From positions 14,136,001 to 14,200,000 of the forward strand of contig NC_134473.1 in assembly GCF_964194025.1 (NCBI RefSeq): 64,000 nt of DNA. Reading direction: 5' to 3'. This stretch comes from Convolutriloba macropyga. Its lineage: Eukaryota. The notes below the pieces were generated by a model. It searched no databases. It was given only the letters and a program-made list of their open reading frames with translations, and had not been told where the DNA came from. Positions within the stretch are counted from its first letter, which is position 1, and the number at the start of each line of letters is the position of its first letter. Positions 25,201 through 36,811 of this stretch are shown piece after piece. The translations under genes were made by a program, and so were the position numbers.

Positions 25201-26608
25201 CTCAAATTCTGCTGAATAGATCTTTTTGTTCTTGATTCTGAAGTCAGGCTGTCTTGAAACAACCAAAAAAAATATCTCCTTTTTTGTTTAAAAAAAACTG
25301 AAGATTTTTATTCAAAATTGCATTTGAGCTGAAAACCAGAGTACAGAAGGCGTTGAATTCTGCGATAAAACAACGAATAGGCCTTGCTAGTGGTTGTTTT
25401 TGCTACAGTGTACAAAACTGATGAATATATATTCCTCAAAACCAAACAATGGCAAATTTTTCAATGCTATAGAAAAAGAAAGAAAAAAGGAATCGATTCT
25501 GTGACGTAAAAAATTGGCAAATCTTATTTATTTTCAAAAAAAATAATACAACTTGAAAAAAGACATTTTGAGTATCTATTCATGACTACTCAATTTAGTT
25601 GGAAGATAAATTTGAAAATAAGACCGCTTACCACAATTTTTTCCTCGAAAACTGAGTTTCTGTGCTAATAAACAAGTGAAACCATTTTCAAACTGTTGAA
25701 TCAAGCTGCAATCTGGTTAGCACGGCTTAGCAGTTAGCTACCGCGGCTGCAACATTGTTATCCAGGGCTGGGAAACAAATTCCCAACCGTGGGTAAAGGT
25801 GTATTTTGGTTGTATAGAAATTCGAAGAAAAAAACGATATCCGAAGTGGGTAAAAATGCTGAAAAGAGGAAATTGTTGATCTGACGCAAATTATTGTTAC
25901 CAATGGCTCGCTAGTGTAACAGCTAGAGAGTGAGAAGTTGAATAAGCGATCTGTTTAGAGTGTTTTAGTTTTTTGCACAGGAAATATCAAAATTCGTTGA
26001 AAAGGATATTACCAACTGAACAACGTTCGGAATCAAAACCAATGGTCCATAAAATAATAATTTGTAAAATCTGGACACCATTTAAACAGCAAAGCTACTC
26101 AAATTCTGCTGAATAGATCTTTTTGTTCTTGATTCTGAAGTCAGGCTGTCTTGAAACAACCAAAAAATATATCTCCTTTTTTGTTTAAAAAAAACTGAAG
26201 TTTTTTATTCAAAATTGCATTTGAGCTGAAAACCAGAGTACAGTAGGCGTTGAATTCTGCGATAAAACAACGAATAGGCCTTGCTAGTTGTTGTTTTTGC
26301 TACAGTGTACAAAACTGATGAATATATATTCCTCAAAACCAAACAAAGGCAAATTTTTCAATGCTATAGAAAAAGAAAGAAAAAAGGAATTGATTCTGTG
26401 ACGTAAAAAATTGGCAAAGCTTATTTATTTTCAAAAAAAATAATACAACTTGACAAGAGACTTTTTGAGTATCTAATCCTGTCTACTGAATTTAGTTGGA
26501 AGACAATTTTGAAAATAAGACCGCTTACCACAATTTTTTTCTCGAAAACTGAGTTTCTGTTCTAATAAACCAGTAAAACCACCTTTAAAACTGTTGAATT
26601 AAGCTTAG
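22220..26608. repeat. 897-bp tandem satellite (about 5 units)
   Basis: aagaccgcttaccacaatttt at 23826, 24723, 25620 and 26517; two more diverged units begin near 22220 and 23100. Confidence 0.93.
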
Positions 26609-26844
26609 GAAGAAAGAAATGTGTTTTTTTGTTTGTTGAGAAACTTTTTGGAGTATCTAACGTCGTCCAGAATTGTTGATTTTAATTCTGAAATTATGAA
26701 AAGCAGCTGTCTCAAATGTTTTTTTTTTAATATGGGTTGAACTTATTTTCTACAGGATGGTGTTTTCAAATGTGCTTAGTTCCTAATTTAGCTTACTTTG
26801 GCTGTTTCCTATCGTAATGGCACGATTCTTCCAAAAAAAGTTTA

Positions 26845-26997
26845 TCTTGCAAGATTCTTACAAGATTCTTATAAGATTAACTCCTTCTTGCAAGATCTTG
26901 CAAGAATAACTCTGTCTTGTAAGATCTTATAAGATTAACTTTTTTTTGCAAGAATCTTGCAAGATCTTACAAGATTAACTTCTGCTGTCGACTCGGG
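26845..26997. repeat. 'tcttgcaaga' palindromic-subrepeat MITE remnant
   Basis: Iterated tcttgcaagat / tcttacaagat ending gtcgactcggg; more degraded similar tracts lie near 3600-3840, 8700-8850, 43280-43420, 43640-43750 and 52210-52400. Confidence 0.6.
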
Positions 26998-27351
26998 TAG
27001 CCCGTGTTTTCCGCCGAAGATTATGATAAAGAAACATGACGTTTGCTTTTGCTCTTTCGGTAATCTTGAACTAGTCTGGACTTTTACTGTCATCTTTGAC
27101 AGATGATTTAATTTAAGGAACCTTTATGTTCGTAAGTCTAATCTTTAGTCTTCAGCGCACCGTACCCCCCCCCCCGGGTCATGCATATAATCGTCGGATG
27201 ACAAGAAGTGCGAATCCCAGCGTGGGTAGATTATTTTTGCTGGGTTGTTGCACCTGCAAATTAAATTGAACTAAATGTTTCGATATATCTCTTACAGGAA
27301 TCAAATTGAGAACTAAAAATAATTAAATTTTTGTTTTTTTTTCCTCTTCAG

Positions 27352-27682
27352 AAGTTGGGATATAATTCAAATCGAATCAAGTTGCTGTGGTACAGACGGA
27401 GCATCCGCTTGGTTGACTGTTTTCCCCAACCAAACAACTGTACCCGATTCCTGTTGCGTAAACTACAACCTAAGTTGCGGAGAAAATTTGGATAATTTTG
27501 ACTCTACGGAACTTTTCCAAGACCCCTGCGGAACGAAAGCCGGTGACGAGTTTGAATTCCTAACCCTGTTACTGGGAAGACTTGCTCTGGTGTTTGGAGT
27601 TCTTCAGCTTGGTGGAGTGTTGGGAGGGGTCGTTTTGGGGCTGGCTTTTGAAGAATTGTACAATTATCATGCCATAGCGTAG
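27352..27682 (+). CDS. Tetraspanin exon 2 (EC2, TM4, tail); spliced product 246 aa
   Basis: Long pyrimidine tract then cag|A. Joins in frame as E-SWDIIQIESSCCG...VPDSCC...C...DPC, then TM4 (FGVLQLGGVLGGVVL) and tail LYNYHAIA*. Confidence 0.93.
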
Positions 27683-27728
27683 CCTGATACTTGTGAATTG
27701 TTACTGAGTAGACGAACTAACTAGATTA

Positions 27729-27734
27729 AATAAA
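27729..27734 (+). promoter_or_regulatory. Candidate polyadenylation signal of the tetraspanin gene
   Basis: AATAAA about 47 nt after the TAG stop; weak evidence in AT-rich DNA. Confidence 0.4.
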
Positions 27735-30700
27735 CGGTTATTTGTATACCTAATTCTTGTACAAAAGTTTAAATTTTTGTTAATTTGTCCTAAAAGCTCG
27801 TCACGAGAATTGGTACTCCATCTATCCGAAGTTTCTTGTGTTGAGCTGTGGACTTGGGACCAGTACTGTTTGTAAAATGACGCAACCATGAAACAATTTT
27901 TAGAAAGAATTTCGAGCCTTTTTTTCGTTGAAGACAACCCTTTTTTGTACCAGTGGCAAAAATTGACCAATTTTGTCAGCTATTCATGTGATAGCATTAA
28001 TAATTGTTTCATGTATTAATTAGGAATTCAGTTTCTATTATCTAACAAGTAATTCTGTTTTGCTCAAATTTTTGTTCACGATTTAGTAGAAATGATCAAA
28101 TCTATGTATACGAAATTGTAACATATTGTGAACAACTTAGAATGTTGAAAACAACCAAAATGCTATTTATCAAAAAATCATAATGCTATTTATTTATGAA
28201 TTTCGAATGACAAAACCCACTAACATTGCGCAGTGTATTTTTCTATAAGCCATAGATTAGATAACTTTGCATGCAAATAGAAAATAGGATTAATAGCAAA
28301 ATATAGCTGGCAGACTGCCAGAAATTAGCCGCAAAAGTTTTGTACTTCTGTAGTTTTAATAAGACAGTAAAGGAAACAGACCAAAAAAGAAACGTTTGTT
28401 TTTTCATATGATGAGACGTTATATTTTATTAAAAATCTGGGTAACTTACTGTTGCTTCTTTTAGCTGCTCTAAAATACGCCTCAATTAGAGTGACACGCA
28501 TTCACCTCATCTCTTTGAATTAAAGTAAAGAAAAGACGACTTCAGAGTGAAGAACTCATTTTTGAGGTAAATCAAATTTGAAAGAAAATTTAATCACGCG
28601 AATGAACAATAAATTTGCTGCACTAAAAATCGTCCATCACGCACGCAATTCAGTTGAAATTACTTAAACGAAAGAACAAAAGCAGATTTGATGTGATTAT
28701 GACGTTATATGGTTGTTTCAAATTCTTGTTGACAAAATAACAAAGTAAAACAATGCAGGTCAGCAGGGCAAATAATCAGCTGCCGATAAAGATGAAACTA
28801 ACTACCGAGACCGCCACCAAAGTAAAAAAAACACAAAAAAATTTGAAACGAAAACAATAGTTTTTCATTTCTTTTCGAAAAAGAGGGTAAGCGAAGTTAT
28901 TTTTCCCAACAATTTTAAATTCGAAAGATTCTGGCACAATCAATAAGCGTAGACAGTAAACAACAGCTTTGTGAGGAACCACTGCAGACAAAATGAAAAG
29001 ACAACACAAACAGCTTTGGCCATAAAAATTTAAGAACATCATTGCAAACAAGTGAAATCAAATTCACTGAAACACGCAACTCAAGGTTAACTTCTCCTAT
29101 ATCTATTTCACGATAAATCATTTGATCGATTATTGGACGAATATAAACATGTGAAATGATTTGAAAATGTTTTTTAGAGCCATTGAGAGGTATCATTGAT
29201 TAGACTTAATAACAAAACAAGAAAAAGAACAACAAAACGACCAAAATCCAAAAAGGAATAGTTATCTTTAACTCATGAGGACAAATTGTGTCAAACTGTT
29301 TTAAAACCAATGTGTGTTATTTCAAGGGTTCAACAAAGTGCGTTATTAGAACAAAAGTATTGTTTTAAAAAGTGATTGTAACAAAAAATAGGAAAACCAG
29401 CAATAAATGTCAAAACTGTCGCACGTGAAAAAAAAATTGCTCTCAAAAATAGAAAATTCCTTGAAACACAATTTTTTCACTCCAGTTTTAAGAGCACTTT
29501 GGAAAAAGTCACATCTATAACTACTCGCCTTTTGCTCCTCCTGCTGCTCCAGATTGACTAAAATCACTTCTCCAATTTGACTTCTCATTGACAAGAAGAG
29601 GTTAAAAAAAGTGAGAGTGAACAGATCTTGAAGAAAAACAGCAAAGCAATACAATTCAAATTCCTAAAATTGTAAAAAACCAAGAGAAGGGCAATTATAG
29701 CCTCAACAATCGCTTTGCGACTATTAATATCGTGAAACTTTAGACATCTTGATCAAATTGTGATTCTCATCAGCATTGACTCAGAATTCCCATCTTCTTG
29801 ATATTGTTCTTTGCAGATGTGGTTTGTTTTGATTTGATTGATAGCGAAAATGATGTTCGCGAGATAATGTTCTGAGAAAAGTACCCCGACTGTTTATATC
29901 TTTTTCTTTTTACAATTGCTTTTTGTGAACCGCTGGCGAAAACATTTTTTATTCAGATCTTAACTTCCGTAAAGAAAATTAACGTTCATAATTACTTGCA
30001 AAACCTGAATTACATATTTTTCTCTCGTTACGCCAATTGATTATGTTTTTTCTCTTTATTTTTAGCAGTATTTGAAAATTTTCTGATCGTTGTGTTTTGG
30101 TGATAAAAGACATCTAGAGCCTTAAATTAGATTCAATAGGGCTCACTTTTTGGCAAAAAATTTTTGCCACGTTTCTCTCTTGATGAAATTGAATTCTCTT
30201 GGTTTGATCTTCTTCAGATCAACGAGCTAAAGACAGGTGACACACAATTAACTGTAGTAAAAATACAAACTAAAATTTAAATTGAAAATTAAGTAGTAAT
30301 TTCAATTCACATGCAACTAAGTTAGAATTACAACTATCACATTAAACTGAGCTAATCGCATTCATAGTCAAAATGTAAACATCAATCAGCTAAAAACATA
30401 TTATATTTATAAGTTAACAAACGGCAGCCAATAAATCTTTCCAAATACACAAACTCAGATTGCTCAAATTGCATATAACAATATAACATCAAGTTTCTTG
30501 CAAACTTAGGTAAAACAAATCCTGATTTTCCCTTCAAAAATATCTGCCTTATTCAGACAACAGAATCGATTACACACCAATGTTCACAAAAATGCGTTTT
30601 TTCACTTAAATGGTAAAAAATGGCAAAATTTTATATTGTGAATTTTGCAGATAAATGGAAACCCCACGCTTAATTTCATGTATTGAAAATTTTGAAGTTT

Positions 30701-30795
30701 GCAAATTTAATATCGACAGGTGTTCAAAATAAATTTACGACACGGTCAGAGTCATACATACATACATCTCGCTCTAATTGGAGGAATAAAAACTC

Positions 30796-31060
30796 GCCCA
30801 GTGAAACGAAACTTCAAATGTCTTGATAAAATCTTTGGCTACAAAACGTAATACAGACACTAGATAGTATGAAAACTTGCAAAATTGTAGAAGTTTTTCA
30901 AAAAATTGGCATTTTATCGTAATCTTAACGCGACTTTGTCATAATTCACCAAGTTTTCACCGTAAATATGTCAAGCTTTATCATGAAGACTGAAGTTAAA
31001 AATATTTCGCTCAAAATTGATGAACTTTTTGTTGTCGAAAAATGTTTCGTTTCACTGGGC
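30796..31060. mobile_element. Short MITE with perfect 17-bp inverted termini
   Basis: gcccagtgaaacgaaac (30796-30812) and gtttcgtttcactgggc (31044-31060). Confidence 0.75.
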
Positions 31061-31649
31061 AGGCTAAGCTCATTAAAACAAATAGAGCAGTGATTTGAAG
31101 TAAACCACAATAAGTGCTGCAAAGCTGCAATCCTGTTATATGGTCACGTCACCTATTCGTGAATTTTGGGGTTTTTATGCGGTTATTTATCAATTGAACG
31201 CAACAATAAGTTGATAAGCATTGTGTGATCAAATTTTCTAGATCAAGCCCGCCTGATATCATTTATTTCAACTGATCTATTTAAGGAATTGCGGCATTTT
31301 TCAAGTGAATTTCATTTCAGTGGAACAAAAAATTGATAGCATTGCAACATTGAAGCTAATGAAAATTTATATCGAATTGCAATTGTTGTGAATGAAAAAA
31401 GTGTTATGTTAGTCAACTAAAGTGAACAGAAAATACTTCATAAAAATAAACAACTTCCATTAGTCACATTTTACTGCAGTGAGGAAAAATCTTCAGATTT
31501 TGAGTTAAGGTCGTATAAAAAGGAAAATAAAAAATAATTCTGCTGCGTTAAACAGACAGTTTATCTCTCTGAATTGTGAAATTCTTAATTCATAAATCAC
31601 AGTTTGAAATTTAGTTGTCCATTTCAATTTGAGTCGCAATGGTTTTGGA

Positions 31650-31825
31650 TCATTCCATGCAGCTAAACTGTCCCTTTCTTTCGTCTCCACAGGTACTGGG
31701 GTTTCCACTGAGCAAGGGCATTGTGCATGTCTTTTCCATGGTCACTGGGTCGCACAGTCCACACTTCTTAACACTGTGATCCCATTTGCATGGGTCACTC
31801 ACTGCGTATTCTTGGTCTGGACCCA
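31650..31825 (-). CDS. PTN/MK-family terminal exon 5: variant six-Cys C-type domain
   Basis: ttattag|TG acceptor (phase 1). CKWDHSVKKCGLCDPVTMEKTCTMPLLSGNPSTCGDERKGQFSCME* aligns to PTN CKY..WGECDLNTALKTRT..L...C.........C. Confidence 0.78.
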
Positions 31826-34800
31826 CTAATAACAAAAACAACTTCTGGAAATGTCGTGCACCGAGATTACCAGTAGAAAAATGTTAAGATTGTATTTGAA
31901 TCATCCACAATCAATATTACTACCCGAATTGTAACTTTGATAATTGGTACTGCATTCCAGTAAAAGAGATTAACTATTTTTCATAAAATTAATTTAAATG
32001 TTCAGTTCAATGCCCTTAAAAACTTCACCCATCAAAAACCGGTTTTCGAAGGATTTTCACCTCAATTTAAAAACCTCAAATCTCTTTTTTCAATTTTGTC
32101 ACCTTCAGTAGCGCGTTTTTGTTATTTGTTGGTTTACTGACTCTAATGTTATTTATTCTTACTTGCTCTTTCTCGATTATATCCCAATTAAAAATTTTAT
32201 ATTCGACCTCACTTTTCATGCTCTAGACCATTGAAATGTCCAAAAAAACTGAATAACACGGTCGTAATGAAATATGATCCAAAATTTAAATTGTAATTTA
32301 ATCTACGTTTTTTTTCTTCGCAAAGGTTTACGGTATTAGCACTGATTTAAAAAACTTGAGGAAAAGTGTTTTCTAGAGCTAGATGAACTTTACTGAAGTA
32401 AAAATTGCACAAAAATGTCTGTTTTTTCGGAAAACTTCACATTTTTGTCAGAGATTCTGTTTCCAAAATTTTGTGATAGGCTCAATAAAAAGTGTTTGCT
32501 TCATTCACGCTGAAATTCTCCAAAAGTGTAGGCTGATAAAGACAAAAAAATTACGCAAAAGTTGATTAGTACTATTAACTTCAGATTATTTCGATCACTT
32601 ACTATAACAAATGAACTCCAGCAGTTTTTAAATAATTTTTGATTTACTTGTAGAAAAATTTCGAATAGCACTATAGGATAGCACTAAAAATTTGATAAGA
32701 AAAGAAGAAAAGAAGCCTTCATTCGCTTGCACTTTTGTTACTTATTACGAAAATAAAACGACAACAAACGTATTCAGCTGTGAGAATAAAACCGGCTGTT
32801 TCTTTGATACATAATTATCTGAGAACTGACTGGAAAATGATTTGCAAATCATCAGGCAGAAAATGTCGTACATTAGGTCGTTTTTTAAATCCTATATTAG
32901 AAGCAATTTTAAGACTAGTTTCATCCTCATTGCAATTTTTGGCAGAGTTTTGTCTCTAAAACCATTTATCAATGGTGATTGGCTTAGTACGAACATTTCT
33001 TTTGTAATCATGTTGAAAATCACCACCCGTGCAAAAGGATTCAGTAATAAAGCTAAGAGAGAATGGAATAAGTACTTTTAGTTAATGATCTTTCGAAAGC
33101 CACGAGTTGCATACATTGCTAATAGAATTTTTGTGGCAAAAAAAACATTTCAGGAAGAAATTTAAAAGAAAAAAAATTGGGAAAAGAATATTGTCATGAA
33201 GTACAAGACAAACATTATATCAACATGTGGCGCGGTATCTGAGAAAAAAAGTGTGTGATTAAAACGCCAATGAAAGGGAGTTCAAACTCCTGCCTTTGTG
33301 AAGCTGTTTGTGAGAGAATAAACTCCCACTAAAGCATAGCTTCAGGCTGATCATAGCCTGACCGATCTTGGCTGCAATGATGGTAGTACATGATAGTTTC
33401 AGACTCAAAAATTTTGCCTTAGGCACAACAAAAGCCATAGTCTCTGGAACCAAACAGTCTGAAATGAGGCGAATATCAGGAAAAAGGTGCCGCTGTCGCC
33501 TAATTCAGTTCCATTGTGATCGCTCAGCGAGCATCATGATAATTATTATTATATCATAGAATCGTATGAGAATTCTTAAAGCGTTCTTTCAGATCTCTTA
33601 GTGTCGAATTTGGGCAATAATTGAGAGCTGAATAGGAAAAAAAAGAGCTTCAACTGGTTTTAGGAAAGCAAACAAACAAAGTTAGCAATTTACCTAATTT
33701 TAAGAAAACTCTTAGATTGTGAAAACTGTAAGTGACACTAAGTTGAGCATAGATTTACCCGAAAATGATGGCCGTACTCATTGCTACACGTTTCCTAAAA
33801 AATGTACGATTGGTTAATTTGTACTAGAAATGCGATGAGTTTAACGATGAAGTTTTGTATAAATAGGGCTAATCCCTTCGCAGTGAGTGTCATTGCAATT
33901 TTTTGACAACAAAAATTGGGGATTCGCAGCAGTTATTATTACAATTCAAAGAATTTGAATTGTATTGGGCCGCTGTCTTTTTACGACTCGAAGAGGAGTA
34001 TTGGAGAAGTCCTTTTTTTTTAATCAATTTTATTGGAGTGAATTTTGAAGCGGGAAATGAAACGCGTGAAAAACTTGGAGTGATTTTGGTGCTGAACAAA
34101 AGTGAAAAGCAGAGCGAAAAGAGAGTGGTTTTTGCTCATACCGCTGTTTTTGAGAGAGCGAGAAATTGATCTGTGAAAAAAATTTCTCTAAGCGAGCGAA
34201 ATTTTTTTGTTCACGCGCGGCTTTTTTAAAGCAGTTTTTTGCAAATTCTGATGGTTATGAGGTCTGATTATGATATTATATTAGTTTCAGGCTTGCTTGA
34301 TAGGAATTGAAGGTTTCAACCAGTTAATTTGAGTTTGATGCTAATTTGGAGGTTTTTGATCAGTTTTTGCTGATTTTTAGACGAAATTTAATGATTTTTT
34401 GCCTGTTTTTTTGTTTTAATGCTTCAAGTGGGATTTGATTAGAAGCTTGTTACTTCAAGAGTATTCAGATACCAATTGATTAAAGCTTTCTTGGTATAAA
34501 TCACTTTTTTCGTATGAAAATTGACAGAAAAATTGGGAAATTTTAACCATTTTTCATATTTTTTTGCAGTTTTTCTTTTTCTTTTCTTAGACAAGTTTCT
34601 TAGCTTATTATGACTTGCCCATTGTTTTGCGAGCTTTGAAATGCTCTAATTGCAAAGGAATTTTATTTCCTTGTACTATTAAAAGAACTCAATTTTTTAA
34701 AAAAAACTTAAGTTTTTCTAGTTTTTTTTGTTCGATTTGTTTATGAATGTCGTTTCTATTCTTCCTTAATTGTTTTCTGACATTCGTGGAGGGTCAGGGT

Positions 34801-35487
34801 TCACAATTGTTGTTCTAGTTGTTCATTCATAAGTATGTGCAATTTTCTCCTTCGAGTCGTTTCCGGAATTCTTCCGGCTATGTTTTTTTTTTAAGATCTG
34901 TTCACACATTTTCATGATTTTTGAAGTCAAATTGGAGTGGTGATTTTGGTCACGCCGAAACAGGAAATGAAGCCAAAAAGCGAGTGGTTTTGCGACGTAA
35001 ATTTTTTTCCGCTCTAATTTTAAAGTAGAGTGAGAAAACGGTGTTTGAACAAAAATTCGGTTTCTCGGGAGTGGTTTTTTGTTCACACGCGGCAATTTCA
35101 CTCTGATTTTTACTGTTTTTTTTTCAATTTTTTGGATCGCATTTTTTTCTAAATAGTTTTTCCAATCCATTCACAGCTCATTCTGGACCTAGTTTTTTGT
35201 TAAAATTAAAATTACATATCTCACTAGTGGTTTTTTGTTCTCCCTAGCAGCATTTTGACATTGATTTTCTGTTTTTTTATCCAATTTTTTTTTTAGAAAT
35301 GGTTTTCCCAATTCACTCATTGTCCGTTCTAGGTCTAGTTGCTTGTTAACTCAATGAAAATTCTTTGAATTGTACTTCAGGACTTGTCCTGCTATGTTTT
35401 TTTCAATATGGTTATTACCGCCACCAACTCAACTCGGAAGTTCTGATTATGTTTGAGCGACTTTTCTTGGTAGAATGAGGAGCTTAC

Positions 35488-35754
35488 TTCCTGGTATTTT
35501 GTCGGGCATGAGTGACTTGGGGTAGTAGTTAATGCCCTCTTTCTCCCCCAGAATGGTCAGTTTCTTGTTTCCCCCACCGCTCTTGTCCTTGGACTTGCTC
35601 TTGGACCCACAAGTCTTAGTGTCTCTCTTCATACTAGGGCAGGTGAGTCCTCTCGCGATTGCCCTGTTATTGCGCAGCCTCCTTAGCCGCTCCTTCATTC
35701 CGTTCACGCATTTGCTCCATGGAGCCTTTTCCCACCGGCAGTGTTCATCATCTT
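35488..35754 (-). CDS. PTN/MK-family exon 4: basic C-terminal-type domain and Lys/Ser-rich linker
   Basis: gttcag|AA acceptor and GGAA|gtaagc donor (267 nt, phase 1-1). CRWEKAPWSKC...KERLRRLR...CPSMKRDTKTC has Cys offsets 0,10,33,43 versus 0,10,32,42 in PTN. Confidence 0.85.
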
Positions 35755-36655
35755 CTGAACAACAATGTGAAGTTGTCATGCTAAATTTCCTAGTCTTTCT
35801 TCCTTGTAAAGCTTAGTCAGGCTCAGGCGGTTATTCAAAAAGAATCTAAAAACAGAACAGAATCTTAAATCAGAAGAGACTGAATGTCAAGAGTCTAACA
35901 AACAAGCGTTATTCTAGTTAGAATCTTTCCATATATCTCTCGTCTTTGTAAATTTATTGCCAGATGAAATGCCCAATTATGTTTCTGTTCATCGAGAAAC
36001 TAAAATTAATTTGAAAGAGCGAAGCTTATTAGTTTATGATTCTGTGAACGCATACAAACTGAAGTCAGTGAACCCAGGTATCACTAAAATAAAACAATTT
36101 TTTAAAATCTACGCTTACTGGAACAATGATAAGTGAAAAATAAAAATACTTACTCCAAACGTCATACTCTGAAATTTAGGAAAATACTCTGAGAATAAGG
36201 AAAATTAAAATGAAGATCGCTTTCATGGAAAGAATTTTTTTGAAAAAACATTATTTGTAATGTTTCTTCATTACAAAACGTCCCTCAATCCAAAGCATCT
36301 TAAGCTGAAGAATATATTACTTTCTTTTGAGCAAAAACTATTTGCAACAACTGTACATAGGTGAGATAATTTCAAATTGGATTTGAAAAAAGTTTGCCTT
36401 TCTCCAACTTTAGTCCAAGATAACAAGACGGCTTGTGAGAGTCTGTGCGTAGCACAGAATGTTCCACTATACTTCTCGATGTTGTTAACACAACTTTTAA
36501 ATTCTGTCAGAGACACTGTATCCAAAACCAAAGTATACGCACTGGAGAAAATTACGTGTACTGTTTGAACCAAAAATGTCCTCTTTTTCGGTCGATAAAA
36601 GCCAAAACTCTCGAACCAATTCAAGAGAGGTAACGTTAGTGCCAATTAAAACAAC

Positions 36656-36811
36656 NNNNNNNNNNNNNNNNNNNNNNNNNNNNNNNNNNNNNNNNNNNNN
36701 NNNNNNNNNNNNNNNNNNNNNNNNNNNNNNNNNNNNNNNNNNNNNNNNNNNNNNNNNNNNNNNNNNNNNNNNNNNNNNNNNNNNNNNNNNNNNNNNNNNN
36801 NNNNNNNNNNN
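36656..36811. other. Assembly gap inside the PTN/MK-like gene
   Basis: Run of N; could hide an exon. Confidence 1.

Noticed and set aside
19710-26608. CRISPR-like or coding repeat interpretation of the tandem arrays (including Gly/Val-rich ORF 20927-21322)
   Set aside because: Whole units repeat with no unique spacers, there are no cas genes, the context is a eukaryotic intron, and frames are broken between units.
33259-33559. Slightly GC-richer stretch with short ORFs in the last PTN-like intron
   Set aside because: No recognisable domain and no convincing phase-1 splice pair found.
35532-35816. Leu-rich plus-strand ORF; likewise 41552-41803, 31629-31829 and 42160-42375
   Set aside because: Antisense or alternative-frame shadows of the PTN/MK-like exons.
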